64,000 bases of DNA from Dehalococcoidia bacterium (GTDB lineage: Bacteria; Chloroflexota; Dehalococcoidia; Bin125). The stretch covers positions 320,001 to 384,000 of the forward strand of contig CAXXRD010000001.1 of NCBI GenBank assembly GCA_963663895.2, in the 5' to 3' direction. Below the pieces are notes generated by a model. That model made no database searches and was not told the origin of the DNA. It was given only the letters and a program-made list of their open reading frames with translations. Shown here piece after piece: positions 12,326 to 22,169 of this stretch. Both the position numbers and the translations under genes were made by a program. The stretch's first letter is position 1, and each line of letters begins with the position of its first letter.

Positions 12326-12781
12326 CTAATCCGCCGGGTGCACACGGAGGCAGACCTGATAGTCGATCGTTGGCTTCAGCACCCGGCTCACATAGCAGCC
12401 TCGCTCCGCCCGCTCCACCAACTCCTCCCATCTCTCCTGCGACGCCGCGCTCCACACATCCAGCTCCAGCCGCACCGACTCCACCTGCCGCTCCGCGTTC
12501 GCAACCATTCGCCCCTCGATCTTGCGCAGCGGTACAGCGCGCCGCTCCGCCACCAACTGCAGGGTGATCAGCATGCAACCGCCCAGCGCGCCCAGGAACG
12601 CGTTCACCGGCGTCGGCCCCAGGTCGCTCCCGCCCGCCGACACCGGCTGGTCCAACATCCATCGATGCGCACCCCGCTCGAGCGTTACCGTGGGGTTGAA
12701 CCCTTCGACGGACGCCCGCACCTCGCGCTTGCCCAGCGCCTCCGCCTCCCGCACCGGCACCGGCTCTTTCACGATCTCCAT
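12326..12781 (-). CDS. OsmC family protein
   Basis: DQP..GG.DLGPTP..FLGALGGC, second Cys in ERGCYVS. Confidence 0.85.
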   Translation of the reverse strand: MEIVKEPVPVREAEALGKREVRASVEGFNPTVTLERGAHRWMLDQPVSAGGSDLGPTPVNAFLGALGGCMLITLQLVAERRAVPLRKIEGRMVANAERQVESVRLELDVWSAASQERWEELVERAERGCYVSRVLKPTIDYQVCLRVHPAD

Positions 12782-12916
12782 CAGTTCTCCTCGACCGCTC
12801 TCCCGGAACAGTGGACGCTGCGGATCGGCGCCGCGCCGCGTGGGGGCAGTCTAGGCCTTTCCGCCGAGCTGATCCGCTATCCTCGCCGCCACGCTGCTCA
12901 GTTTGGAGAGTTTCGT

Positions 12917-13705
12917 ATGTTGCGCACCCAAGTCGGCAGCGTCGAGATCGCTGCTCTTATCGACACTTCCTTCGCTTTCCCCGTCCACAACGTCTACCCC
13001 AACGTCCCAGACGCCTCCCAGCGTTTCGCCGGTCTCCTCACCGACCAAGGCGCCCTGCCCATGATCTGCGCCTGCTTCCTCCTCCGCGCGGGAGGCCGCA
13101 CCATTCTCGTCGATACTGGCTACGCCGAAGCCGGCCAAGCGCAACTCCTCTCCGAGATCGCCGCCGCCGGCAGCCAGCCCGATGAGGTGGACACCGTCGT
13201 CTTTACCCACCTCCATCCCGATCACACCGCTTGGAACATCGACCGCAACACCGGCCGCCCGACGTTCGCCCGCGCCCGCTACCTCGTCCCGCAAGCCGAC
13301 TGGGATCACTTCCGCGCCCAGGGTTCCGACAACTTCCAGCGCGATCTCGCGCCGCTCGCGACCGCCGACCAGCTCGACTACTTCACCAGCGAGCACAGCC
13401 TCTCTCCATTTCTCACGACCGTTCCCACCCCCGGTCACACCCCCGGACATACCAGCCTCGTCATCAACTCCGGCGGCGCCCACGGCTTCATCCTCGGCGA
13501 TGTTCTGCTCTCCCCCCTTGATGTCCTTGATACCACCCTCGAGAACGGTTTCGACGTTGACGGCGCCCAGGCCCGCGTCACGCGCCAAACCGTCCTCACT
13601 CGCCTGGAGGAGAGCGGTGAGATCGTGGCCTCCTCACATCTCGCGCCTGGTCTCGGGCGTATCGCCACCACCGATGACGGCCGCGCCTGGCAGCCGCTCA
13701 GCTAA
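12917..13705 (+). CDS. MBL-fold metallo-hydrolase
   Basis: ILVDTG, THLHPDH, TPGHTPGH, GD motifs; GGAG RBS. Confidence 0.9.
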   Translation: MLRTQVGSVEIAALIDTSFAFPVHNVYPNVPDASQRFAGLLTDQGALPMICACFLLRAGGRTILVDTGYAEAGQAQLLSEIAAAGSQPDEVDTVVFTHLHPDHTAWNIDRNTGRPTFARARYLVPQADWDHFRAQGSDNFQRDLAPLATADQLDYFTSEHSLSPFLTTVPTPGHTPGHTSLVINSGGAHGFILGDVLLSPLDVLDTTLENGFDVDGAQARVTRQTVLTRLEESGEIVASSHLAPGLGRIATTDDGRAWQPLS

Positions 13706-13721
13706 CCCGCGCGTGCGCCCG

Positions 13722-14171
13722 CTATGCCGGCCGCTTCTTGATCAGATACGCGTGCATGCCTTCCAAGCAGATCTCGTCCCGCTGGTTCTTGACCTGGCTC
13801 CTTAGCCGCACCACTCCCACCTCCCGCTTGGGCACCAACTCGCTCACCTCCAACGTCGGGTAGATCGTGTCCCCGAGCAGCACCGGCTTCAAAAACCGCG
13901 ACGACTGCTCCAGAAACGCCACGATCGATCCCTCCGTGTGCGGACTCAGCGTGGACGCTCCCGCCGCCGTCATCGACGCCACCAGCAGCCCGTGCGCGAT
14001 CGGCTTCCCGAACCGCGTCCGCTTCGCGTGCTCCACGTCGTAGTGGATCGGATGGTTGTCCCCCGTCAGTCCCGCGAAAAAGAGGAAGTGTGCATCCGTC
14101 AACGTCTTCGAGGGGATCGTGAACGTCTCTCCCAGCTCGAAGTCTTCGAAATACTTTGTCGGCGGCGCCAT
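13722..14171 (-). CDS. MaoC family dehydratase
   Basis: YFEDF, FAGLTGDNHPIHYD..A, IAHG, FLKPV..GDTI. Confidence 0.9.
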   Translation of the reverse strand: MAPPTKYFEDFELGETFTIPSKTLTDAHFLFFAGLTGDNHPIHYDVEHAKRTRFGKPIAHGLLVASMTAAGASTLSPHTEGSIVAFLEQSSRFLKPVLLGDTIYPTLEVSELVPKREVGVVRLRSQVKNQRDEICLEGMHAYLIKKRPA

Positions 14172-14194
14172 CGCAACTCCCGATCTCCCAGGTC

Positions 14195-14584
14195 TCAGCT
14201 ATCCAACACCGCCACCGCGTCGATCTCGATCAGCGCTCCATCGCGCAGCAGCCCTGCTACGATCACGCCGGTCGCCGCCGAGAACCCGTTCTTCATATAC
14301 TCCCGGCGCACATCCGCCGTCGCCCGGTACCCCTCCGTGGTCGTGATGTAGTCCGTGGTCTGCACGACATCGTCGAAGCTCCCGCCCGCCGCCTTCAAGA
14401 TCTGATCCATTTTCTTGAAGATCTGACGCGTCTGCGACTCCATGTCCGGGCCCGCCAGCTCCCCACTCTCGTCCGTCCCCGTCATGCCGGAGATGAACAG
14501 CAAATTCCCCTTGCGCACCGCCGGGGAGAACGTGTACTTCGGATTCCACTCCCAGCCGGGGTTCACCACTTCCAGCGTCGCCAT
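14195..14584 (-). CDS. RidA/YjgF family protein
   Basis: FSPAVR.GNLLFISG, QT.Q, L.AAG.SFDDVV, LIEIDAVA. Confidence 0.9.
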   Translation of the reverse strand: MATLEVVNPGWEWNPKYTFSPAVRKGNLLFISGMTGTDESGELAGPDMESQTRQIFKKMDQILKAAGGSFDDVVQTTDYITTTEGYRATADVRREYMKNGFSAATGVIVAGLLRDGALIEIDAVAVLDS

Positions 14585-14767
14585 CGCAAATCCCTCTCTC
14601 ACTCACAACGCTCGCTGCCCGCACCATCGCTGATGCGCCACCTCGATTCAACCGTCGCGCCGCGACCAGTTACCCGCGACGCGCCGACGGGGCACGCGAG
14701 ATCAGCCGACGCCGCATTCCCTGAAGACGCTTCCCGGCCGGAGAGCCTTGGACGAATCCTCGCGGAC

Positions 14768-16054
14768 TCATGACGGCCAGAGAATGGCCCCGCGCTCGAT
14801 CAGTCGGCGCTGCAGCAGCTGCACGTCCAGCTGTTTCGGCTCGACCCCCGTCGTCAGCGCCAGCGCCGCCGCCGTCCCCGCCGCCTCTCCCGTCGCTATG
14901 CAGGACGGGATCTCCTTGGTCGCGTGATGCACGCGATGGTCCACCGAGATGCACCGCCCCGCCACCAGCACATTGCTCAGCTCTCGCGGCAGCAAGCTCC
15001 GATAGGGAATGTGGTACAGCACGTCATACTTCGTCCAGTGCCCTGTCACCGCCACTACGTCCTCGAACTTCCTGTCCAAATCCTCGCGGCGCAACACGTA
15101 CTCCCCCTGCAACCGCCGGCTCTCCGTTACCCCAAGCTGATCCGCCACGTGGCACACGTGCGCCCCCGCGAACTCCGGCACCTCCTGCCGCAGCCGCTCC
15201 ACCTCCGCCATCACTCGTTTGCGACCCTCCAGCTCCGCGTACGTCAGATCCTCGGGCTTCGTAGCATCGATCCGGCGCGACATCGTCTCCGTCGCCCCCC
15301 ACGGCAACAGCACCTTCCCTTCCCCGACGGTCCGGAAGTACCACCCGCCCCGCTCGATCGCCGCTTCCGGATCCTGCACGCCACCCATGCAGAACCACAG
15401 CCACGGCAGCACTTCCTCTTTCTCATGCGCACATCCCGCCCCCGCCAGGACATCCCCGTCTCCGCTCGTGTCGATCACCACCTTCGCCAGTACCGCGAAC
15501 CTTCCCGCCTTGCTCGCAAACACCATCCCCCGCACCCGCCCTTCCTCCAGCAACGGCTCGCTCGCCCACGCATGCAGGAGCAGCCGCACCCCCGCCTCCT
15601 CCACCATTGTGTTCAGCGCCAGCTTCAACGCCTCCGGCTCGTACGCCACCGAGTACCGCACCCGGTGCGGCCCCCGCCCCCACACCAACCCCCAGCGGCG
15701 CGCATCCTCTACCAGATCCGTATCCTCGGAACCCCACTGCCCCGTCGGTGGGAAATACGCGGCCCCTCGCGCCGCCAGCCGATCCGTCACCTCCTGACAC
15801 AACCCTCCCACTACCGGTCGGCCTCGCCCGTCGTCCATCGTCAGCAGCAAGATGATCATGCCCCCCGTCGCCAGCCCGCCCAGATAGCCGTAGCGTTCCA
15901 CCAGTAGCACCTCCGCCCCATTCCGCGCCGCCGCCACCGCCGCCGCCACCCCAGCAATCCCCCCTCCCACCACTAGCACATCCGTCTCCGCCCGCACCGG
16001 TGTCTCGCGCGCCGGCTCCCGCACAACCTCCAAGCCAGCCAACCCACTCGCCAT
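14768..16054 (-). CDS. FAD-dependent oxidoreductase
   Basis: DVLVVGGGIAG..AA.AAAR.G, IDTSGDGD, IPYRSLLP, GEAAGTAAAL. Confidence 0.88.
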   Translation of the reverse strand: MASGLAGLEVVREPARETPVRAETDVLVVGGGIAGVAAAVAAARNGAEVLLVERYGYLGGLATGGMIILLLTMDDGRGRPVVGGLCQEVTDRLAARGAAYFPPTGQWGSEDTDLVEDARRWGLVWGRGPHRVRYSVAYEPEALKLALNTMVEEAGVRLLLHAWASEPLLEEGRVRGMVFASKAGRFAVLAKVVIDTSGDGDVLAGAGCAHEKEEVLPWLWFCMGGVQDPEAAIERGGWYFRTVGEGKVLLPWGATETMSRRIDATKPEDLTYAELEGRKRVMAEVERLRQEVPEFAGAHVCHVADQLGVTESRRLQGEYVLRREDLDRKFEDVVAVTGHWTKYDVLYHIPYRSLLPRELSNVLVAGRCISVDHRVHHATKEIPSCIATGEAAGTAAALALTTGVEPKQLDVQLLQRRLIERGAILWPS

Positions 16055-16114
16055 GACAACCCTCCCCGGCCCGCCTCCTAGCGGGATACTACCGGCTCGC
16101 CTACCCTTCCAGCG

Positions 16115-17161
16115 ATGGAGTACGGCCTCTTCTACCAACTCCCCTCCTGGCCCGAGCAGGACACAAAGACTCGGTACGACGAAACGATCGCCCAGATCGT
16201 CCTCGGCGACCAGCTCGGCTTCGATGTCGCCTGGCTCGCCGAAATGCACTTCCAACCCGAGTACTCCGTGATGCCCTCCCCCATCGTCGTCGGCGCCGCC
16301 GTCGCCGCCCAGACGCAACGCATCCGCATCGGCACCGGCGTCATCCTCCTCCCCCTCCACGACCCTCTCCGCGCCGCCGAAGACGCCGCCACTCTCGACA
16401 TCCTCTCCAACGGCCGCCTCGAATACGGCATCGGCCGCGGCGGCCGTCCCGCCCACTACTACGGCTTCGGCATCCCCGTGGAAGACCGCGACCAGCGCTT
16501 CACCGAAGCCCTAGAGGTTCTGCTCGGCGCCTGGAACGACCCACCCCTCACCTTCCACGGTCAGCACTTCAACTACCAAGAGGTCAACGTCACTCCCAAA
16601 CCTCTCCAACGCCCCCATCCCAGGCTCCGCATCGCCGCCAACAGCGGCGAGTCTCTCGAGCGCGCCGCTCAACTCGCCATCCCCATCATGATCACCCCCA
16701 TCACCAACGCCCGCAGCGACCTCATCGAGCGCTGCCACACCTACCGCCGCATCCGCGAATCGATCGGCAAACCCGCCACCCCAGACGACATCGCCGTTCT
16801 CTTCCCGATCTTCGTCCACGAAACTGGCCAAACCGCCCTCGACCAAATGGAGGACAGCATGATGCGCTACATCCGCATCATCGCCCAGACCATGCTTGCC
16901 GGTTACATGCATCACGGCACGGACCCTACGCAAATCCCCCCCCTCGCCCAAAGACTCAACACCATCACCTATTCCGAGGTGCTCGCCACCATGTGCATCG
17001 CCGGCGACCCCGACCAAGTCCTCGCCGGACTCCAACGCGCGCAGGACGACTACGGCACCGGCCAGATCATGTGTTGGTTCAACGCCGGCGGCCTCATCCC
17101 GCACACCCGCGTCACCGATTCCATGCACCTCTTCATGCGCGAGGTGACTCCGCGCCTCTAG
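16115..17161 (+). CDS. LLM-class flavin-dependent oxidoreductase
   Basis: WLAEMHF, LPLHDPLR.AED.ATLDILSNGRLE.GIGRG, PKPLQRPHP. Confidence 0.92.
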   Translation: MEYGLFYQLPSWPEQDTKTRYDETIAQIVLGDQLGFDVAWLAEMHFQPEYSVMPSPIVVGAAVAAQTQRIRIGTGVILLPLHDPLRAAEDAATLDILSNGRLEYGIGRGGRPAHYYGFGIPVEDRDQRFTEALEVLLGAWNDPPLTFHGQHFNYQEVNVTPKPLQRPHPRLRIAANSGESLERAAQLAIPIMITPITNARSDLIERCHTYRRIRESIGKPATPDDIAVLFPIFVHETGQTALDQMEDSMMRYIRIIAQTMLAGYMHHGTDPTQIPPLAQRLNTITYSEVLATMCIAGDPDQVLAGLQRAQDDYGTGQIMCWFNAGGLIPHTRVTDSMHLFMREVTPRL

Positions 17162-17257
17162 CGCACCCCTTCCAAGGCACGCGAAGCAGCGCAGGCCAAA
17201 ACCGTCCCAGAACTCGGTGAGCGAGGCGCACGGCGTGCCCGTCCTACGCGAAGCTTC

Positions 17258-17713
17258 CTACTGCTGATCCCCACCCGCGCTCAGTGACTCGCCTCTCGGC
17301 ACGAAGTAGTCGAACCGCGCCTTCCGCTCCCGGAACCGCCACCCCGCCTCCGTTTTCACAATCGTGTCCTCGTACGACCCCAGCGCTTCGAAATCGCTCC
17401 CACGCTGCGTTGTCCCCCGTAGCTCGAAATAGCTCCGTCCCCGCGCCTCCCGCTCGCTCACCAGCTCCACCGAGGGATTATGGATCAAGTGCCGGATGTA
17501 GCTGAACGCCTCCCCCACCTCCTTCTCAATGAACGCTCGCAGCGCCGCCCGGCCCGAAGGCCGCTGCCCCCGCACATCAAACGTCCCATCCTCCGTGAAG
17601 CACTCCAGCCAGGCCGCGAAATCCCCTCGGTCCACCGTCCAGCAGTACCGCTCCATCAGGTTCAGGATCGCGTCCCGGTCCGACAATCCACCGGCCTGCC
17701 CCGCAGTCGGCAT
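17258..17713 (-). CDS. SnoaL-like/NTF2 family protein
   Basis: DRDAI.NL..RYC..VD.GD...W...FTEDG, RHLIHN, GSYED...T.AGWRF. Confidence 0.85.
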   Translation of the reverse strand: MPTAGQAGGLSDRDAILNLMERYCWTVDRGDFAAWLECFTEDGTFDVRGQRPSGRAALRAFIEKEVGEAFSYIRHLIHNPSVELVSEREARGRSYFELRGTTQRGSDFEALGSYEDTIVKTEAGWRFRERKARFDYFVPRGESLSAGGDQQ

Positions 17714-17724
17714 CGCTCTCTCCC

Positions 17725-18510
17725 CTACTCTCCGGATTCCCACTGGGGCTTGCGCTTCTCCACGAAGGCGCGCAATCCTTCGTCTCGCTCCGGCGACCCC
17801 AGATTCCCCACGAACATCTCGGCCTCGATCACCAGCCCTTGATCCAGCGGTGCCCGCATCCCTTCGGTTACGGCCCGTTTCGTCCGCTCCACCGCCCCGG
17901 GGCCACTCGCCAGCACCTCCCGCGCCAGCCCCAGCGCCGCCGCGTCCAACTCCTCCGGCTCGCACAACCGATTCACCAACCCGATCTCATACGCCTCCTC
18001 CGCCCGGATCCGGCGTCCCGTCAACAGCAATTCCTTCGCCCGCGACTCCCCCAGCAACCGCGGCAACCGCTGCGTCCCCCCCCACCCCGGAATCACGCCC
18101 AGCAATACCTCCGGCTGCCCGAACGACGCCGCCTTCGACGCCACCCGCAGATCGCACGCCAGCGCCATCTCCGTCCCACCTCCCAGCGCCGCTCCTCCTA
18201 TCGCCGCGATGTAGACCTTCCGGCTCCGCTCGATCCCGCGCAACATCGCATGCCCCGCATATACGAACCGCGCCCCTTGCTCCACCGTCAGCCCTCGCAA
18301 TGCTGTGATATCGGCCCCGGCCACCCATACCTTCGGCAGCGCCGACCGCAGGATCACCACCCGGGCCGATTCCTCCTCCACCGCCGCCACCGTCTCCGTC
18401 ATCTCCCGCACCATCGCCGCGTCGAACGAATTGATCCGATCAGCCCGATCGATCGTGATCGTGATCACGCCCGCATCCGGCCGCTCGACATGGAACCGCT
18501 CCGATACCAT
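17725..18510 (-). CDS. Enoyl-CoA hydratase/isomerase family
   Basis: AGADI, IAAIGG.ALGGGTEMALACDLR, QPEV.LG.IPGWGGTQRL. Confidence 0.92.
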   Translation of the reverse strand: MVSERFHVERPDAGVITITIDRADRINSFDAAMVREMTETVAAVEEESARVVILRSALPKVWVAGADITALRGLTVEQGARFVYAGHAMLRGIERSRKVYIAAIGGAALGGGTEMALACDLRVASKAASFGQPEVLLGVIPGWGGTQRLPRLLGESRAKELLLTGRRIRAEEAYEIGLVNRLCEPEELDAAALGLAREVLASGPGAVERTKRAVTEGMRAPLDQGLVIEAEMFVGNLGSPERDEGLRAFVEKRKPQWESGE

Positions 18511-18672
18511 TGCTTCCCCCGAGCCGCGCCGCCCTCCATCGAACTTCACTGTCGTATCCGCGCTTATCCGCGAACAGCCGAAGGAGCGCCCGCCGCAACG
18601 TATCGCCTCTTTACCCCAGTGCCAAGCCACGGCGTAGAATCGCCCGGCGACCGACAAGGAAAGAACAACATC

Positions 18673-19842
18673 ATGGACTTCGAATTCACAGAACAGCAGC
18701 GCCTGATCCAGCAGGGCGTGCGCGACACCGTCAAGGACTTCGGCCTCGAATATTGGCGGGACAAGGACCGCGCCCACGAGTTCCCCACCGAACTCTGGAG
18801 CGCCATCGGCCAAGGGGGATGGATCGGGGTCGCCATCCCGGAAAAGTACGGCGGCGCCGGCCAAGGCGTCCTCGAACTCGGCCTGGTCACCGAGGAAGCC
18901 TGCCGCGCGGGCGGCGGCTCCACCCTCTCCATGCTCTTCATGGTCACTCCCGTCTTCGGGGCCGAGACCGTCAAGCGGCACGGCAGCGAAGAGCAAAAGC
19001 AAAAGTACCTGCCCCCCATGGCCGCCGGCGAACTCGACTTCAGCATGGCCCTCACCGAGCCCAACGCCGGCAGCAACACCCTGGGGATCGAAACCGCCGC
19101 CGTCCGCGACGGCGACAGCTACCGCGTCAACGGGCAGAAAGTCTGGATCACCGGCATCGACAAAGCGCAGCAGTGCCTCGTCGTCACCCGTACGACCCCG
19201 TTCCAGGACACTCCCAAAAAGAGCTTCGGCCTCAGCCTGCTCGTCGCCGATCTCCCGTCCGAAGGCCTCACTTACCAACCCATGGAAAAGCTCGGCACCC
19301 GCTGCCTCAACTCCTGCCAAGTCTTCTTCGACGATGTCCGCGTCCCCGCCGACGGGCTCGTCGGCGAGGAAGGCAAAGGCTGGGGCTACATCCTCGATAC
19401 CCTCAACTCCGAACGCATCGTCACCGCCGCCGGCTGTCTCGCCAGCGGCGACATCGCCCTCCGCCTCGCCGCCGACTACGCCTCCAACCGCATCGTCTTC
19501 AACCGTCCCATCGGCGCCAACCAGGGTATTCAATTCCCCCTCGCCGAGATCAAGATCACCCTGGAAGCCGCGCGTCTGCTCAACTACAAGGCCGCCTCGC
19601 TCTACGACAACGATCAAAACGCCGGCGCCGAAGCCAACATGGCCAAGTATCTCGCCGCCGAGGCCGCCTTCGCCGCCTGCGATCGCGCCATCCAAACCAT
19701 GGGCGGCTACGGCTACGCCGTCGACTCCGACCTCGAACGCCTTCTCCGCGACGTCCGCCTCTTCCGCCTCGCCCCCGTCGCCCAGGAGATGATCCTCAAC
19801 TACGTCGGGCAGCACATCCTCGGCATGCCCCGCTCGTACTAG
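18673..19842 (+). CDS. Acyl-CoA dehydrogenase
   Basis: MALTEPNAGS, NGQKVWIT, F..PIG.NQGIQFPLA, AIQTMGGYGY; AAGGA RBS. Confidence 0.93.
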   Translation: MDFEFTEQQRLIQQGVRDTVKDFGLEYWRDKDRAHEFPTELWSAIGQGGWIGVAIPEKYGGAGQGVLELGLVTEEACRAGGGSTLSMLFMVTPVFGAETVKRHGSEEQKQKYLPPMAAGELDFSMALTEPNAGSNTLGIETAAVRDGDSYRVNGQKVWITGIDKAQQCLVVTRTTPFQDTPKKSFGLSLLVADLPSEGLTYQPMEKLGTRCLNSCQVFFDDVRVPADGLVGEEGKGWGYILDTLNSERIVTAAGCLASGDIALRLAADYASNRIVFNRPIGANQGIQFPLAEIKITLEAARLLNYKAASLYDNDQNAGAEANMAKYLAAEAAFAACDRAIQTMGGYGYAVDSDLERLLRDVRLFRLAPVAQEMILNYVGQHILGMPRSY

Positions 19843-20022
19843 TTATCCTTGATTGCCAGCACCGTCGCCTGTTGATCTCTATCGGCGCCTGCGGACGAGG
19901 GAGAGCGAGGCGCCTGTCCCTGCGCGCTTGGCCGCGACAAGTGCAGCCGAAGTAAGCGTCGCCCGCTGTTGAACGGCACGACATCCACTGCACCTAATCG
20001 ATCGCCCACCTAACCTAGACTG

Positions 20023-20754
20023 GTGGGCGCACCGACTGGCACTCCATCTCTTCCCACCCCCGTCCTCGTCGGCGATCAACGCGTCGCCTACACCATCCGG
20101 CGATCCACCCGTGCCCGCCATTCCTCCATCCACATCCATCCCCGCCGTGGTCTCGAAGTCGTCCTCCCCCCGGGCGTCCCAACCGCCAGCGCCGCCATGC
20201 TCCTCCGTAAGGAAGGGCGCTGGCTGGCGAAGCATGCCGACGAACTCCACCGCGCCACCCGCACCCCCCCGCCCCTGCAGACCGGCGTCCATCTCCCCCT
20301 CCGCGGCCACTGGTACACCCTTGCCCTCAACACCAGCCCCACCCCTCGCGCCGTCCACACCGGCGATACCCTCCTGGTCTCCACCCCCCATCCGCACGAT
20401 CCCACCGCCGTTCGCGCCCAGCTCGAGCGCTGGTACCGCAATCTCGCCCGCCGCTTCATCACCGACCGCGTCCACGCTCTCCACGACGCGGCCGATCCCC
20501 CTGTCGCCCGCATCAGCATCCGCGACCAGCAAACGCGCTGGGCCAGCTGCTCCAACAACGGCTCCCTCAGCTTCAACTGGCGCCTAGTCATGGCTCCACC
20601 CCCCGTTCTCGACGCCGTCGTCGCTCACGAACTCGTCCACCTCACCGTCCACAACCATTCTCGGCGCTTCTGGCACGCTCTGGACCAGCGCTTCCCGCAG
20701 CACCGCGCCTGCCGTCGCTGGCTCCACCACAACGGACCCCGGCTCACCCTCTGA
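20023..20754 (+). CDS. M48/YgjP-like (SprT family) metallohydrolase
   Basis: IRDQ.TRWASC, LSFNWRL..AP..VLD.VV.HELVHL...NHS..FW. Confidence 0.88.
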   Translation: MGAPTGTPSLPTPVLVGDQRVAYTIRRSTRARHSSIHIHPRRGLEVVLPPGVPTASAAMLLRKEGRWLAKHADELHRATRTPPPLQTGVHLPLRGHWYTLALNTSPTPRAVHTGDTLLVSTPHPHDPTAVRAQLERWYRNLARRFITDRVHALHDAADPPVARISIRDQQTRWASCSNNGSLSFNWRLVMAPPPVLDAVVAHELVHLTVHNHSRRFWHALDQRFPQHRACRRWLHHNGPRLTL

Positions 20755-20801
20755 AGCCGAATCCCGACCCAATCGGTCACGCCCGGTACACTCCACAAGC
20801 A

Positions 20802-22166
20802 ATGGCCGAACGCCCCTCTCCCCAGCCCCCACCGACCACGCCCGCGTATCCGCGCACGGACTTGCGCCGGCCCACCATCTTCTTCTGGTGGGTTCCTTTC
20901 ACCCTCGCCGCCATCGCCGGTCTCCTGACCTACGCCATCGTCGCCTCCCAAGACAACGTCTATCGCGCGCGCAGTGAGTTCATCGTCCCTCCCAGCAGCC
21001 CCATCGCGCCCGAGGACTACACTCAACTCGCCCGCAGCGAAATCCTCCTTTCCACGATCATCCGCGAACTCCATCTCGACACTACTGCCGACGCCCTCCG
21101 CAACGACGTTCACGCCCGCACCGACGGCACGCTCATCGCCATCGAAGCGGACGCACCCTCTCCCGCCCTCGCCCAACTCCTCGCCATCGGGATCAGCAAC
21201 GCCATCGTCCACAGCGCGCCACTTTCGTTGGACGCTCCCGCCCCCACTCAGCTCGGCCAAGTCGCCGTCCCGCGCGAGCCTCTCCCCAACAACGCCCCGC
21301 TCTACACCGCCAGCGCCGTCGCCGCCGCTCTCGTAATCGGCCTGATCGGCGCCAGCGTCCTCGCCTCCCGTGAGCGTCCCCTCCAACCGGCCGGCGATAT
21401 GCAGTGGCTAGCCAGCCTCCCCACACTCGGATCCATCCCCAGCTCCCGCAACCAGGACAGCCCCACTCTCCTCAGCCAGCCCCACTCGCCAGAGGCCACC
21501 GCCCTCCGCGATCTCCAAACCACGATCGAGGGGCTTCGCACCGCCGAGAGCCTCCGCGCCATCCTCGTCGCCGGCGTCGACGCCCAGGCCGACGCCGACT
21601 CGATCGCCGTCAACCTCGCGCTCGCCTTCGCCGAAACCGGCCGGCGCCTCCTCTTGATCGACGCGAATCTCCATCAGCCCAGCGTCCATCGTCTTCTCCA
21701 GCTCCCCAACCAGCACGGCCTCACCGACGCCCGCTTCTCGAACCTCACCCCGCCCGCACAGGAGATCCCCGGCATACCCCTTCGTGTCATCACCAGCGGC
21801 GTGCTCCCGCCTCACCCCTCCGAGCTACTCGCTACCCCCCGCTTCGCTACCCTCCTCGCCGAGCTTCCCCGCAGCGCCGAGCTCGCCATCCTCGACGCCC
21901 CCGATCTCATCGAGAGCAACGCCGCTGCTGTACTCGCCGGCACCTGCGACGCCATCCTCCTAGTCGCCGACGCCAACCGCACCCATCTCGAAGAGCTCCG
22001 CGCCGCTGGCCAAACCCTACGCGCAGCCGGCAAGCCGATCCTCGGCGTCGTCTGGAGCAACGCGCCTCGTCCCACCAGCGAGCCCACGTCCAACCCTGCT
22101 TCCCTCACCGCGCGGGCATCTCCCGCTACCGCTAACACCTCATCCCATCACACGAGGAGTTCCTGA
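20802..22166 (+). CDS. Wzz/CpsC-CpsD (BY-kinase-like) fusion with degenerate kinase motifs
   Basis: Two TM helices plus S..A.ALR.L.T, NLALAFA..G.RLLLIDANL, GL, SG.LPP.PSELL, ILDAP; Walker A GK[ST] absent. Confidence 0.75.
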   Translation: MAERPSPQPPPTTPAYPRTDLRRPTIFFWWVPFTLAAIAGLLTYAIVASQDNVYRARSEFIVPPSSPIAPEDYTQLARSEILLSTIIRELHLDTTADALRNDVHARTDGTLIAIEADAPSPALAQLLAIGISNAIVHSAPLSLDAPAPTQLGQVAVPREPLPNNAPLYTASAVAAALVIGLIGASVLASRERPLQPAGDMQWLASLPTLGSIPSSRNQDSPTLLSQPHSPEATALRDLQTTIEGLRTAESLRAILVAGVDAQADADSIAVNLALAFAETGRRLLLIDANLHQPSVHRLLQLPNQHGLTDARFSNLTPPAQEIPGIPLRVITSGVLPPHPSELLATPRFATLLAELPRSAELAILDAPDLIESNAAAVLAGTCDAILLVADANRTHLEELRAAGQTLRAAGKPILGVVWSNAPRPTSEPTSNPASLTARASPATANTSSHHTRSS

Positions 22167-22169
22167 ACC

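Noticed and set aside
17221-17248. GTAG-type REP-like palindrome between convergent genes
   Set aside because: Imperfect, no second clear copy and no RAYT transposase in the window.
17725-19842. Apparent 696-aa and 667-aa overlapping fusion ORFs
   Set aside because: They resolve into a divergent crotonase (start 18510) and acyl-CoA dehydrogenase (start 18673) with stop-free upstream extensions.
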